Below are positions 39,020 through 53,249 of a stretch of 64,000 bases of DNA, one piece after another. The position numbers were made by a program, and so were the translations under genes. Numbering within the stretch: the stretch's first letter is position 1; the number at the start of each line of letters is the position of its first letter. A model generated the notes under the pieces. The model saw only the letters and a program-made list of their open reading frames with translations. It searched no databases and was not told the origin of the DNA. Origin of the DNA: Vicugna vicugna. Lineage: Eukaryota. The DNA lies in assembly GCA_013265495.1 (NCBI GenBank), contig MU058584.1, forward strand, positions 1,090,616-1,154,615, written 5' to 3'.

Positions 39020-41739
39020 GGAGAAGGAAGGAAAGAAAATTATTTATATCCTTTGTCGCATGCTTCGCAAACATTTTTGGAGATAAGCAGGATATATAAA
39101 ACTTACGATAAAACATAAAATGCTTAGAACACTATAAACGTAAGTGGGCATTCTGCTGATAATGAAATGTTGGAGACTTAGAAAATTCTAAATAGGAATC
39201 ACATTTTTATTAGAAGCATTATTTGTTTCGGAAAATCTTAACATTCTTAATTCACTTCTCCTGACCTTTTGCGAAATTCCCTAAGATGGAAATGAACAGC
39301 AGAACTGTATGTTTTCTTTATGATAAGCAGGAATTTTTTGCTTATCCTTATTCATATAAAACATTGACTGGAGTGATCTGATTTGCCTATTGAGAAATTG
39401 AGTCCCAGTTTATCTGATCATTTGATATGCTGGAAAATTTAATAAAAACAATTTCCACTGAAGTAGAGTTTTATTTTTCCAATTTGTTTTGTCTGCTCTG
39501 AGCTTTATTTCAATGAAACTGAACCAAAGATCTGAAGAGAGCCAGAACATTGCTAATAATAGCACAGCTCACATTTATATAGACTTCTTTCTGGAAGGTT
39601 AGTGGATCAGACAGTATTATCCTGCCATCTTTTAAAAAGAGGAACCAGCTTCAGAGAGGTTACTTAATGTGTCTAAATTATATTATACAATTCTATTCTA
39701 AAACAATGCACACAGGCATTTGTAGAGTATTAATATGCACCTAAAATTTTCATAGACTTTTAATTGTTAGTTTTATAGTAATAAGTTCCTAATTTTAAGC
39801 ATATTATTTTTAGCAACACATTTTATTGAGTTTTGGATTTATGGCAGAGTTTAAGCTGGAAAGAGGAGAACTCTGATCATGGTCAGACTAAGAAAAGAGA
39901 TTGCAGAGGAGAGAAAGAAAAGGTAGATACGGTCAGACCGCCCAACTTTTTGAAAATGGAAATGACTCAAAAGAGATGGGAAGTTCTAAAAATGAACTTT
40001 AACAACGTGGAAGTTTAATTATATCAGACACATGACAGAGTTTTCTGAGAAATAATGACTAAATTCTGAAAGGTTCCATACAGCGGCATTTGTCACGGCA
40101 AATCAACATAATTTAAGTAGCTTAAACCTTGCTTAATATCCAGAAACAAATAAGATGTTACCACAAAATTAACAGCCCTGTTTTTCCAGCCCTGGCTGGC
40201 TTGCTGACTCGCACAGCCTAGTGTGAATGTGGGTCAACTATTTTCTATAGCCTCATCCTCTACAAATTGCTAAATGGAAGAGTAAAATTTTTTCCTTCAG
40301 GAGGCTTGTGATTCCCACTAATGCAATCAATCCGCTATGAGATTTTTGTGGAGAACGAATCTGTTATTTGAACCAAGAGTCAAAAAGGCAGAGACGTTCC
40401 ATTCCGTGAGAAGCAGCAGGGATAATAATTTCTCCCTTTGCTTCGATAGCAACCCCACTGCAGAGAAAAATGCTACCCTGAAGCTAAGAAAAAATTTGAT
40501 GGTGATTAAAGTAATCAGAATCCTTACATGACAAGATGAGCTGGAATGGCCCAGCATTTACTATGGACCTACAAGAGTGCTAAGCACTTTGGCCAGTGTG
40601 GTATCATTTAATCATTGCTATGTTAATGAGGTTATTATTATCCCCTTCACTTCATAGGAGTTGAAAATGAGGTTCAGACAGACTAAATAACTTGATGAGG
40701 TCGCAGGCAAGAGGGCAAGCGTGGGTATAGTCAAATGTGTATTGTAGATTTGAGGGGAGATAATTTTATCTTTTTTTTTTTCATAGAGAATGACTCAAAA
40801 GAGAGAGGAAGCAAATGGAAGGTAGCAGCATGGAAGTTTAATAATAGAAGGCGTATGAGACGGTTCTCTAAGGAAAGGATGACTGAACACCAAGAGGTCC
40901 CATGGTGGATTCAACATGATTCAGAAGATGAACCTCAGTTTTAAAGATTCTGAGAAGACTAGTCAATGTCCTGAGTGAGTTCAAGGAAAAAAAAAAAAAA
41001 AAAGGTAAGTCACATGAACAGAACTAACATGAGGCTTACAGTTATAAATTGAAAACCTACTAACACGTTACGATGCTCATTAGAATAAGGCATTTATGCT
41101 CGCCTGACTGGAACAGTCTCCTCTCAAAGACAAGGAAAAATAAAAATATCGTGAAGCCCAAATAGCAGCTGAAATCTTCTGTTACTCTCACCTTCACTTT
41201 TCTTCACACACTAATGGGCTTACAGTCTGTAGTTAGCTCTGGCTCACAGTTTATCCTTTCAGTGGTTAACTACACACTCTTGCAGCTTTCTCCCTGTACA
41301 CCCCAGCCAGGAGAGAACACAGTCTCTTCCTCTTACATCCACAAAATCAAAATGAAACAAAAACAAAAGGACATAAATGTGTATTTGAGACTTTATTGAA
41401 GGTTTGAGGAGGCAGCTGGGGTTTTCTATGCAAGAGCACAAGAAAACTTAAAATTCTTTATTAGTTATCCCTGTTCTTAAAAGCGCTTTGGCCACTCTGC
41501 TAAACTACCCAACAGTCTTCTCTCTCCTCTCCTCTTCTCTCTTCCCTGATTTCCCCAGTAATCAAATTTCAGTTCTTGTGGGGGCTGGTTTGATGCTAAT
41601 TTTTATTAATGTTTCCTTACACAGATGATACATTAATACATTCATCCTTAAAAACCTCAACACAGAGCATTAACAATAAAAATATCCGCACCCCAAATCA
41701 TTTTCTGTTTCTGTTTAAAAATTTGCTTACTTTTGTTTT

Positions 41740-42990
41740 CCATCTTTGCCAGGGAGGTTTATATTTTCACACGTCTTCCTGTTACTAATTAGCTCCTTTC
41801 ATTTCAGCTTGAGGAACTCCCTTTAACTTTTCTTGTGGGGCCAGTCTAGTGGTGATGGGGACAGAAGTCTTCAGCTTTTCATTGTCTGGAGAACTCTTTC
41901 TCTCTCCTTCAATTCTGAAGGACAGCTTTGACAGGTATCCCTGTTTGGCAGGTTTTTTTTTTCCCCCCAGTACTTTGAATATATCTTTCCACACCCTTCT
42001 GGATTGCAAGATTTCTGCTGAAAATTTTGACAGTTGTCTTACAAGCTGTTTTTCCCTCACTGCTTTTGAGATTCTCTCTTTGTCTTTAACGTTTGACAAT
42101 TTAATTATAATCTGTCTCTGTGTGGGTCTCTTTAAATTCATCTTATTTGGTACTGTTTTGGTTTCCTGGATCTGGATGTCTTTCTTTCCCCAGGCTAGGG
42201 AAGTTTTCAGCCATTGTTTCACTGAATAAGTTCTCTGCTTCTTTCTCTCCCCCTTCTCCTTTTGGGATCTCTATGTGTATATTGATCCACTTAATGATAG
42301 CCCATATTTCTCCAAATCTATCTTCACTCTCTTTTTTTTTTTTCTTTTGCTTCTTTGGTTAGATAAATTCCCCTGCCCTCTCTTGGAATTCACTAATTCA
42401 TTTTTCTGATTCTTCTGGTCTGCTGTTGAAGCCCTCTGTTGAATTTTTCAATTCCATTATTACATTGTTCAGCTTCGTGATTTCTGTTTGGGACTTTTAC
42501 AGTATTTTCTGTCTCTTTGTTTATGCATGATTCTCCTGACCTCAGGGGGCACCTCTATGACCATTATTTTGAACTCCCTATTTGGCAAATCACTATCCTG
42601 CATTTTATTAGGATCAGTTTCTGGAGATGTATCTTGCTCTTTTGTTTGGAACCTATCCCTCTGTTTCTTCATTTTCCTTGACTCTGTGTTGGTTTCTGAG
42701 CATTGGGTAAAAAGCCACCTTTCCCAGTCTTAACAGACTGGTCTTGTGTGGGAAATGAACCTCGTCAATCAGTCTTGCCCAAGCTCCGTGGTCCTTCTTC
42801 CTAGCGGCTTCCTGTGGCTGAGGGCATGCCATGACCTGTCAGCATCTCAAAGGGGAGGGTCACAGTCAGCACCTAGATGTAAGCCAGTTGGAAGCTGGCC
42901 CTTCTGGAGCAGCTGGGAGAATATGCAGGTAAACCCTTCCATAAAAAAAAACTGGGAGACGAGCATTTTTGCCCACTCCCTTTGTGTGGA
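41740..42990 (-). mobile_element. L1 ORF1 and 5' region fragment (antisense)
   Basis: ORF1p-like peptide DIQIQETKTVPNKMNLKRPTQRQIIIKLSNVKDKERISKAVREKQLV in ORF 41785..42222. Confidence 0.85.
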
Positions 42991-43929
42991 AGTCAGGAGT
43001 ATGTTCACAGTGAGTTCCCTGGTAGAGAAAAGAAGAGTAAAAGATGAGTCGAAGGTTTTGGTATAAGTAAAGGGGTAAAGAGTGACATCATTCATTAAAA
43101 CGGGAACACTTGAGGAGGGGTGCACTTGAGAGCAATCTGTCTGACTTTGGTTTTACTTATTTTAAGACATGGATTTTGTAGATGTAAAAGCAGCATCTCC
43201 AATCAGTAGAAGAAAGTTGATTATTGAATAATTACTTTGGGGACAACCAAGCCATATGGCAAAAAATAAAAGTCTATCTTGGACTTCATGCCAGGATAAA
43301 ATCCAAATGAATCAGAGTTTCAATGGAAAAAAAAATGAAATCATAAAAGTATGAGAAGAAATAATTGGACAACGAGATCATAATTTTAAGATGAGAACAT
43401 CTTTCTAAATGTGACGGATTTTATTTTTAAATTCCTCATCCTGCCAAAATCTGTGCTTTAGCAGATGCATTCAGTTTGGATTCTTAGCCTACGTTCAGTG
43501 CATGCACGGCACAGGAATCTGTCATTGCCATGGGGGGGAAATGGCATTTGAAATTTTAGGCTCATTTTTCTGAAGTCTTTTCCCCCTTCAGTGATATCAG
43601 CCCCTCAACTCCTGGCTGCCTCTAATTTTTACCACTCAGCTCAGTGATAAAGCTGAAAGCTCTAGGCTACAACTCTTTTCAGAATTTATGCTCCATGTCA
43701 GGAGTCAGCCAACTCTGAGGAGGAAAAAGCAACAGATGAAGGTAGGATTTATCTCAATACATTTTGCTTCACTCCAAATTTTACCCTTCAGTTTCTGACT
43801 GTTTTGGGTGCTCTTTGATGGTTTTATACAGCTGTTTTTTACTTCTCTCAAATTTTATAGTTTTTTTTTCAGCAGGAGGGTTAATATAATACAAGGTACT
43901 CTGTCATGGATACACAGCCCTTCTCTAAG

Positions 43930-45735
43930 GACTTAATCAATCAAACAGATGACAAACTAAGTAAAAATATAGATGATTTAAGTAGCACAATTTAACATTT
44001 GAACACTTGTAAACTTAGAACACTAAGGCCAAAAATGAGAGAATACACATTCTTTTCAAGTCATCTCGGAAAATCTGCAACAATTTACTATGTGCAAGGA
44101 TATAAAATGAACCCTAACAGATTTCAGTGAATTATTTTTGTGAAGAGTACAGCTGTGGAGTGTCACCTCTGGTCCCTCCTGACAAGAGAGCCCGAAAAGT
44201 GACCCGAGGCAGGCTTGGAGCTCAGTTCGTGGCATTTCCTAGCCTTGTAACTTGACCTAGAGCTTGCTCAGAAGCAGAGCCCAGCCTATGGTCTCACCCA
44301 ATTGCTCAGCCCATGTTCCTGTCCAAGCAGGAAGCCAAGCCAATGACCCCCTTCAATGGTGGAGCATAGCCCACAGCCCAACCCAACCAGAAGCTTGGAC
44401 AGTGATCATGTCAGACAGCACAGCACAGCCTTCAGCCCCAATCATCTGCAGGGTGCAGTTGGAGACACCACATGACTAGATTTCAAATAACCAACATAAC
44501 ATTACCTCTAGCGGAATTTAAAAAAGGAAGAAAAAACCAAGATCAAAGAGAGCTGAAGGAAAAAAGCAATAAATATTGAAGCAGAAATAAATAATATAGA
44601 GAACAGAAAGTTTAAAAAAATCAAAAGAGGTTTTTTGAAAAGATAAACAAAATCAACAAAACTTTAGTGAGACTAATGAAAAGAAAAAAGAGACATGACA
44701 CAATCAAAAATTTTAAGTGAAAGAGGAGACTTCAAGACTTACACCACAGAAACACAAAAGATCATAAGAGACTACGATGAATAAATATGCCAACAAGTTG
44801 AACAACACAGAAGAAACATGCAATCTACCAAAACTGAATCATGAAGAAATAGAAAATCTAGGACCAATGATGAGTGAAGAGATTGAGTCCTTAGTCAAAA
44901 ACCTTCCAAAAACACAGAAGCCCAGGACCAGGTGGTTTCACTGGTGAACTCCACCAAAAATTTAAAGAAAAATTAATGCCAATACTTCTCAAGCTCTTCC
45001 AAAAAGTTTAAGAGAAAGGAACACTCCAAATGTATATTACAAGCCCAACATATTCCTGACACTAAAGCCAGATAAGGAGACTCCAAGAAAACTACAGGCC
45101 AATATGTGTAATGAGTATGTATGCAAAAATCCCCAACCAATAATAACAAACCAAATTTAATGGCAAATTTAAAAGATCAAACACCAAATGGACTTTATCC
45201 TTAGGATGCAAAGTTGGTTCAACAAACACAAATTAATAAACATGATACGCCACATTAATAGAATGACCGATAAAAACATCTCAATGGACGCAGAAAAAAA
45301 ATTGACAAAATTCAACATCCTTTCATAAAACTCTCAACAAATTTTATACAGAGAGAACTTACCTCAATATAATACGAGTCATATATGATAAGCCCACAGC
45401 TAACATTGCACTTTCTACATTCTCCATATCTGTGAGTCTGCCTCTTTTTTGTTATATTTACTAATTTGATGTATTTTTTAGTTGTTTATGAACAGATGAA
45501 TGGATAAAGAAGATGTGATATACAGATATCACACAACGGAGTACTACTAAGCCATAAAAAGGATGAAATGTTGCCATTTGAAGCAACATAGATGGACTTC
45601 GAGGGCATTATACTAAGTGGAATAAGTCATACAGAGAAAAATACTGTGTGTATCACTTATATGTGGAATCTAAAAAATGCAACAAACTAGTGAATATAAC
45701 AAAACAGAAGCAGACACAGATATAAGATCAAAGGA
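43930..45735 (+). mobile_element. Patchwork of L1 pieces: EN-region fragment, 5'UTR-like block, ORF2 Z/RT region, inverted 3' UTR piece and sense 3' end
   Basis: L1 ORF2 motifs (AGCCCAGGACCAGGTGGTTTCACTGGTGAA, AAACTACAGGCCAATA) at 44490-45410 and L1 3'-end sequence at 45490-45735. Confidence 0.8.
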
Positions 45736-48246
45736 GTGTTGATCAGATGCCATCTGGCCTACCCCAGGGAAGTCCTTTTCAGGCAGGACTATTTCTTAAC
45801 AGCTCAGAATTGAGAGCAGTGAGTGATTGCTGAATATTTGTGATTAATGAAAATAACATTCAATGTTCTAGGAACAGGAGATCATAAATAATGAAATCCT
45901 GGAACTCAGCTTGGTTTTCAGCATTGACAGGGCTAAGCTTCACTCCACTCTGCAGCTGGACATGGGAAGGCATAATGAAAAGGCGCCTACATCTCTAAAG
46001 GGGGAATGGTAAGGCAGTGTATGGGTCTTGGACCAGAAGTCAGGACACAGACGTCTTTTCCTTTCCGCCTGTGGGAATTGGGACTATAACTTAATCTCCT
46101 TCCACTTCTTCCTCAACTGTAAAACGGGGATGGTTTCATCTGTTCTTCCTGCCTCACAAAGTTACTGTGAAGAGGAATTGAGCCTCACTTTTGTCTGGCA
46201 TTCATTCATTCATTCATTCATTCATTCTTTTCACAAATATCTTTTTAAGAATATAATTTGTCACAGGCATTGTCCTGTCCTACACCCTTGGATTACACAA
46301 TTAAATAAGACGAAGATCATAGTCTAGATGGATAATAAGAAACATTGCAACCTTGGGCAAGTTACTAAGGTTCTTTTCTTACTATCAATATAGGAATGCT
46401 AAAACTATCTCATGTTTATTTCTTGGGGTTACTATGATAATGGACAGAAAGAGCTTGGCAAGATGCCCAGCATATAGCACTGATAGTTATTTTGTTAGTA
46501 TTATTAATATTGATATTTTAGACAGGACGTGGCGAACGAAAGAAGTTAATCTTACTTTGTAGGGGGTGTGGTCAGAATATGTCCATTAATAAATGCCCCT
46601 CCACCTGAGTCTTTTAAAAGTGGCTCATTTGGACTTTCAAGAATAAAATATTATAATAGCTTTTCAGAAAGAGTGACTATTTTATTCTCTGTGCTATGAA
46701 AACACTAAAGGTATTAATAGAAGGCATGTTTTTTCCCCTTAGTAGGCTCTGGCAAGTTTAAAGAATATAGGTCTCCTTTATTTTTTAGTTCTCATCCACT
46801 ATATGACTGCTGCCTCTGTATTGTTTTTCCTATTTTCATTGCATTTGAGTTCTGTTATTGCCTTTAATAAAAACATCAATCCATATTTTGAAAAACGGCT
46901 CAGTTGGGTAAGGATGGGGAAAGGTCATGCAGGTAAGGAGAAGGCAAGGCAATGGGTCTGGTAGTCGGCAGTGTAGCACCTGTTAGATGAACTCATTCAG
47001 GTGGGAGATAGAAGACAGTGAGTGTGCGGTGTGGATATACAGTGAAGTTCACCACCTGGGCTGCACTGTGTAAAGCTGGGGGCTCCTTCCTCTAGGATTT
47101 CACATTTATGATTGCTAACGTGTCACCTCTTTTTGGAACTCTATTTATGCGTATATCCTCCCAACTAGATCCCAGGCCCTTTGGAGAGCAAGGGCTGGGT
47201 TTAATTCAAGTTGGTATTCCTAGCCAGCCAAGGACCTGGCACATAAGATTCAATAAACATGTGTATACCGAACAACTGTGGTGGATGCTGCAGTCAAGTT
47301 CAGAATAAAGTGTTAAGGTGCAGAGAAGCAGAGAGCCACTGGCTTTGCCAAGAATGCTGCCAAAGGCTTCATAACAGGAATGTCCGTAAAGATCAGATCA
47401 GGATTTTTGTGTTTATCCTACTAGACCGCCATTTGCAAAGAGAAATTTCTTAGGCAGTATGTGGTTTGTTCCAGTGATCCCTCAGGATCTCGAAAATTCA
47501 GCTGTCCTTTGAAGCTTAGAAATGAATGTTTCTACAGCCGCTGATTTATTAGCATTACTTACATTATACAAACCTGGTCTGTCCTGGCTGAATTACAGCT
47601 TAGCTGGACTAAATTTATATCCTGACCCCCAAACCAAAACACATAGTCTGACAAGTGTACTTTTAAGAAAAACAGAATAGGATATTTGAAATGGCAACCG
47701 TCTTGGAAAATCTCTGTAACCTCTGGTTACTGTTAGCATAGTCTACTACTGCTTTGTGCCAAAGCATGTGTGAATTCTTCAGGGACCCAAAGGTGATGGT
47801 CTGTGGTGGACAAAGAGACCTGGAGGCGAGTAGAAGTCAGTGGGATTCTGCAGAGGCGGGGGATAGCAACAAAAAGTGGATGTGGTGGGAGGAGAAAATG
47901 AGAGGCACTCGGTACACGGGATTACAAGCTCTGAAGAAGTCGAAGAGAAAATCCAGATGGTACCTTCTTCAGGGTAAAACAACCTGGTTTGAAGTTAAAA
48001 GGAGGGGAAAGAAAATGAAAACACCAAGCTCAGTATAGATAGCTACCATGGATCCCAGCCTGGCCCCTTTCTAGCTGCGTGACCACGAGCTTATCACTGA
48101 TTCTCTTTGAGTGTTAGTTCCTCATAAAAGAAAAAAAAATAGAGTAAAAGTTATTGTGTCATAAAATCATGTGTGTATCCACCAAGAATATAAGTAAATT
48201 AAAGTTGGAGTAAGAAGGAAGCTATATTATAGAAATTAAAAAAAAT

Positions 48247-50435
48247 AAAAGGTTTAGTGGCATTTGGGGATCGCATGTCTCTTATCGTGACAAATGTTCC
48301 CAGCTAAGTCCTTCTAGAATGAGTAAGAATAGGTAGAAGAAGAAAAAGAGTGTATATTTTTAGCTTGTACGAGAGACCTTCCATTTTGCTTATCAGCCAC
48401 CTATAAGTTGTCTGCATCATGAGGATAAAGGCATTTGAAATCCAAATGAAAGTAGAAAGAAGTCAAAGAAGAGAGAAAAAGTGAAAGTTCAGAGAAATAC
48501 AGGAACGAATTAGTCCCAACAATAAATGATATAATCTTACCCCAAAACAGAATTGTGCAACACCAGAGAGAGAGAGTAACTACAAAGACTCTGAGGGAAG
48601 AGAAATTGGAAGTGGGAAGTTAACTTAATCGCATGTGTAGAGATGATCTGAAAGTTACAGAAAACATCCAGATGTGAGAAGTCACTATGTACTAAAGCGA
48701 CATAACCCTGAGCCAGTATCAGGCTTTTGCAAGTGGACCTAAATGCATAGTGTCAGATGTCAGTCAGGAGTTCCAGACTGGGGGAAAATGTGACAGATAG
48801 ACCAGCTGGCTGAAATCTAAGATCAAACATCTTTTTAAGCGAAGGAACCAGGCAGAGACTTTATAAATAAGCCTGACCACAGACTAAAGGAAAATATTCA
48901 TACATGCACTCCTGCAGCCTTCTCTCTTTCTTACCCACTTAGATAAACCGTGACTCTATTCTTGCTAACCTCCAAAAAGAAGACTTAAAAATAAAAATTA
49001 TATTTTTCTCTATTTATATATATATATATCATATATATATAATATATATACACATATATATACACACACATATATATACACATAGATATAATATATATAT
49101 ATATATAATGCACACTATCACCCATGTGTCTTCAATAGAGTATGCAAACATTATTCAATGTTGTCGGTCTATTACCAACCCAGAAAATATGCTTTTAATG
49201 CTTTAATGCTGAGTTTGTTTACAGCACATTGTAGAGTCTAGCGTTAAAAAATAAATAAAATGAGCTTCAAAACTAGAACCAGAAGATCCCTGCTCTCGGC
49301 TCAGCTGTGTTGATGCTAATTGTGTGACCTTCTCAAGTCCTTTAGACTTTTATGAGGCTCAGAATCCCCATATGTAATTGTGACCAATTTAATCCTTTAA
49401 CCACTTCAGAGTTTTGATGACCATCAAGTGAAATAAGGTTGAGAAAAATCTATACAAACAGCAGTTATTACTATGTCTTCAGTAGACTGTTGTACTGAAG
49501 AGGCCAGCGTATTGCAAGTAGATATCTGGTAGACCAGTCAACTGGCCATGATTCCATGCCAACTAGTTAAATTGTATCCTAGACTCTCAGGACTGAAGGA
49601 AACCGAGGAATAAGACACAGCCCCAGCCTTTATTTAACTCACAGTTAGGAACTGGTTGTGGGAAGGGAGCAAAGGGATGGAGATAAGGAAATATTATTGC
49701 TCTTTCTCCTGATGATAACTAAAAAGTGTTTACTTTCCCTGATCATGCCTCTGATGATCCATATTAGCAAGATATAGTAGGAAGCAACTGACCTGGATGG
49801 GGATCAGAGGAAAAAAGCCTTATTTTATAGGTTACAAAATCTTTTCATACATGTTATTTTATTTACTCCTCATCACTTCTTTGTGTTATAGTAAATCTAG
49901 GTAACCCCTTTTTTGCAGAAAAGCAAAAAGAATCTCAGGGAGGTACACCTGTTGCCCAAGATGGCGCAGAGGAAGAACTTAGCCTGCAACTCAAACTTTG
50001 TGACTCTACATCATATGTACTGAGCCAACAAGGAAGAAATGATGGTTCTAACTAGAAAAGCCAGTTTTCCCTCTCTCGAGCCTAATATTATCTACACATG
50101 ATTTTCTGAAGTCTGTACTTACAGTTCCAAAAGACATTGATTTAATGTTTACCAAAATATGCCATCTCTACCTTTAAAACCTCTTCTAAGTCTGTTGCCT
50201 GTCTTGAAGAGCTAAGATCTGAGTAAATGCTTTCATTTGGATTTCAAATGCCTTTGTCCTCATGATGCAGACAATTTATAGGTGGCTGATAAACAAAATA
50301 GAAGGTCTCTCACACAAGCTAAAAATATACACTCTTTTTCTTCTTCTACCTGTTCTTACTCATTCTAGAAGGACTTAGCTGGGAACATTTGTCACGATAA
50401 GAGACATGCGATCCCCAAATGCCACTAAACCTTTT
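48247..50435. repeat. Inverted repeat, 206-bp arms (48247-48452 and 50230-50435), 1777-bp spacer
   Basis: Manual reverse-complement alignment is ungapped with 7 mismatches. Confidence 0.97.
49015..49108. repeat. Compound (TA)n/(CA)n microsatellite
   Basis: Read directly. Confidence 0.9.
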
Positions 50436-51558
50436 TAGAGGAGTAAAGTGCAGTTTTAAAGGGGGTAAGATTAGCTCTCTATTCCCGCTTACCTCCTGAA
50501 GTGAAACAGCATTGATGTTAGAATGAAAAGTCATAATCGCTGACCGACATAAAAAATCAATAATAATTTATGTCTTTTCTCTATTTTTTTTTAATGCTGA
50601 GCAAATTGTCTGGGGATGTGCAGGGATAAAGAACATAAGAGATGTCTGACCTACTTATGCAGGAAAGGAGCAAAGCCACAGGGCCAAGGAAATCCAATGC
50701 AGAGGAGGTGAAGTAGGGGGCTGTCTGCCTGGAGGGTCTGCGACGGCTGAGGTTGCACAAGCCGCCGTCTGTATTGGTGCCAGCCTTCCCCCCACCTCAG
50801 CTTGGTATTTCTCTCACTGACACAAAAGTGGTGGGTCGTGGGAGGGATGCTGTCTCCTGAGAGCATAGTTATAAGCCACAGTCATTCAAATCTCCTTTCA
50901 TGATCTGTCCTAGGATCTTGGAAAGAGAGGGGTATCTGGAAGTTCTCACGTCCAGACTTTTTCAGAAGTTAAAATACTAGACTTTTGCTTTTCCAACATT
51001 CGTCAAAGAAGTGACTTCCCTAACTCTTCCACACAATTATCCTATCTGAGGGGTAAGGATGTGTCCTTCACAGAAACACACCAGATGAGAGGAATGTCAC
51101 CCACTTCAGTGAGGTGGGGTCTGGTGGGTGTGAAAGAAGTCCCCCTGGGGAAGAGATATCTCTGCTTTAATTCTTTAAAAACGTGTAGGTGTGAGCTAGG
51201 TGAGAAAGAGGGAATGTAGTGAAAAGAACTGCCCTGGGCAAGGCCTGGCGCATGAGAAAGCATGGTGCATTTGGGGTTCTGCAAGACATCACGTAAGACT
51301 GGCTGGCTTGCAGAATTTTGTGTATTAGGCTAAGGATGCAGGATGCTATTCTCCAGGGTAGGGGCCATCCAAGTTTTAGAGTCAATACAAATTTTAAGAG
51401 TAAGAGTAATTTTTCAGGGCATCCAAATAAGAGAAGATGTAGTGTTATTATCCATTAATTTAAAATATTTGAAATGACAAGCTAGGAAAAATTCAAGAGT
51501 AGCTTTATGTGAAATTGTATTTGCTCTTAAATCTTGAGTATTTAAAATAGTACATGGA

Positions 51559-51873
51559 ATCTACAAATTTCAAACTCCCAGTCTGTCCCTCTCCACCCTC
51601 CTCCCCACTCACAACCACAAGTTTTTATTCTATGTCTAAATTTGTAAATTCTGACAGGTACATATAGAATAGATAAATAAGATTATACTGTATAGCACAG
51701 GGAAATATATACAAGATCTTGTGGTAGCTCACGGTGAAAAAGAATGCGACAATGAATATATGTATGTTCATGTATAACTGAAAAATTGTGCTCTACACTG
51801 GAAGTTGACACAACATTGTAAGCTGACTATAACTCAATAAAATAAAATTAAAAATAAAATAAAATAAAATCAC
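51559..51873 (+). mobile_element. Very short L1 3'-end insertion with a 5' inversion (twin priming)
   Basis: Inverted L1 3' UTR at 51559-51637, sense 3' UTR at 51638-51840, an (AAAAT)n tail, and TSD ATAGTACATGGA at 51547-51558 and 51874-51885. Confidence 0.9.
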
Positions 51874-53249
51874 ATAGTACATGGATATGTGAGGTGGTGA
51901 TCCATCAATGGATAGTAAAGAGTGCACATGTGTCTTTGCAAACTCTACAAGACTCTCCCTGTCCCCTGTGTGTATCAAGAGTGTGGAGGCTCATAGAAAG
52001 GGTTTAAAGGGACATCATGATAAGTCTTAAGAGGAGTAATGTGCTCAGAGAAGTACTCTAAGCTGTAAAAGGTTTTGTGCTACTTCTCATGAATGTCTGC
52101 ATTTAAGAAAGAAAGTGACAGACAGTGCTTAACAAAATGGAATAAATTGAGAGTGGTATTTGCAATTGGTAGTTAAGTAATTTAGCATGAGAGCTTTTTG
52201 CAAGTTCTTCAAATCCTGGTAAAGAGTAAAACAATACATAACAGTTGCTAAAGTGATATATAGGATAAGACTGCTCTGTGTCCGCAAATCTTATTACCTG
52301 GTGCTGTCAGGGAATGGGGCCATATATAACACTTATGGGTGACTGGTTTTCAAAAAATAAGGTTACAATTGACAGACCTCTATCTCCCTCATCAATACTC
52401 TCTTCCCCCTCAAGCAAAACACCCTCTCCCTCCTGCTGTCTTCAGAAAAGTTTGAAGACTCAAGCAATGTGTGTCATCCTATTGGATTTAGGCACATTAA
52501 AATATAAATAGCTAGTAACTTCTAACAGGATATTTTACTTCTAAAGGAGTAGCTTGTTAAATGTAAAGGATATCTAATTGGGAAGATTATTATAGAGATA
52601 GTGGAGAGGAATATACTTTTGAGAAGTAGAGTTCCCTGCCCCCTCAGCCCTACCCTACCATTTCTCTAGTATCTTACAGTTCTTTGATATCAACTTTAAG
52701 AACATCTATTGTTGTAGTTATGTGAATGAGGCATAACTCGAATATTGTTCCAAAGAAATAAACGGACTGGGAATCAGGTCATCCGTAAGGAGTATGCCCT
52801 TATCCAGATGTATAACTTTGGACAAGCCATTTCAGCTCAATGGGCCTCAGTTTCCTCATCTTTAAAATGGAGATGGAGAAGAATGATTTCTGAGGACGGC
52901 AGAGTGGTTTTCTGTGTGTGACATGTGTTACCGACCTGATCACCCAGGGCAATTCAGCTGATCTGACAGGCCAGGCAAGTCGATGCTTCTTTTGCTGTCA
53001 GAGCTTCAAGTGTTTTTGTCCCCCACCCCCACCACCAGCTGCTGGTGTCTCAGAGGAACAGAATCTTTGCAGAGAGAGGAGGACTGGGCTTCATCCTGGG
53101 CACACGAGAGCATTTGTACTGTCTATCCCAGCTCTGACATGTTCTGGACTGAGGTTCTTCTCATCACTTTGAAACCATGCCCCATAGACTCAACAGAAGC
53201 TGATGGAAAACAGGAATTCTTGAGCTTTTCTTGGCTTGCACAACCAGCT

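Noticed and set aside
48246..50437. Inverted repeat interpreted as a new DNA transposon with long TIRs and a TA TSD
   Set aside because: The TA flanks are out of register by one base in A/T-rich sequence, the interior is ancient MIR-containing DNA, and no transposase is present.
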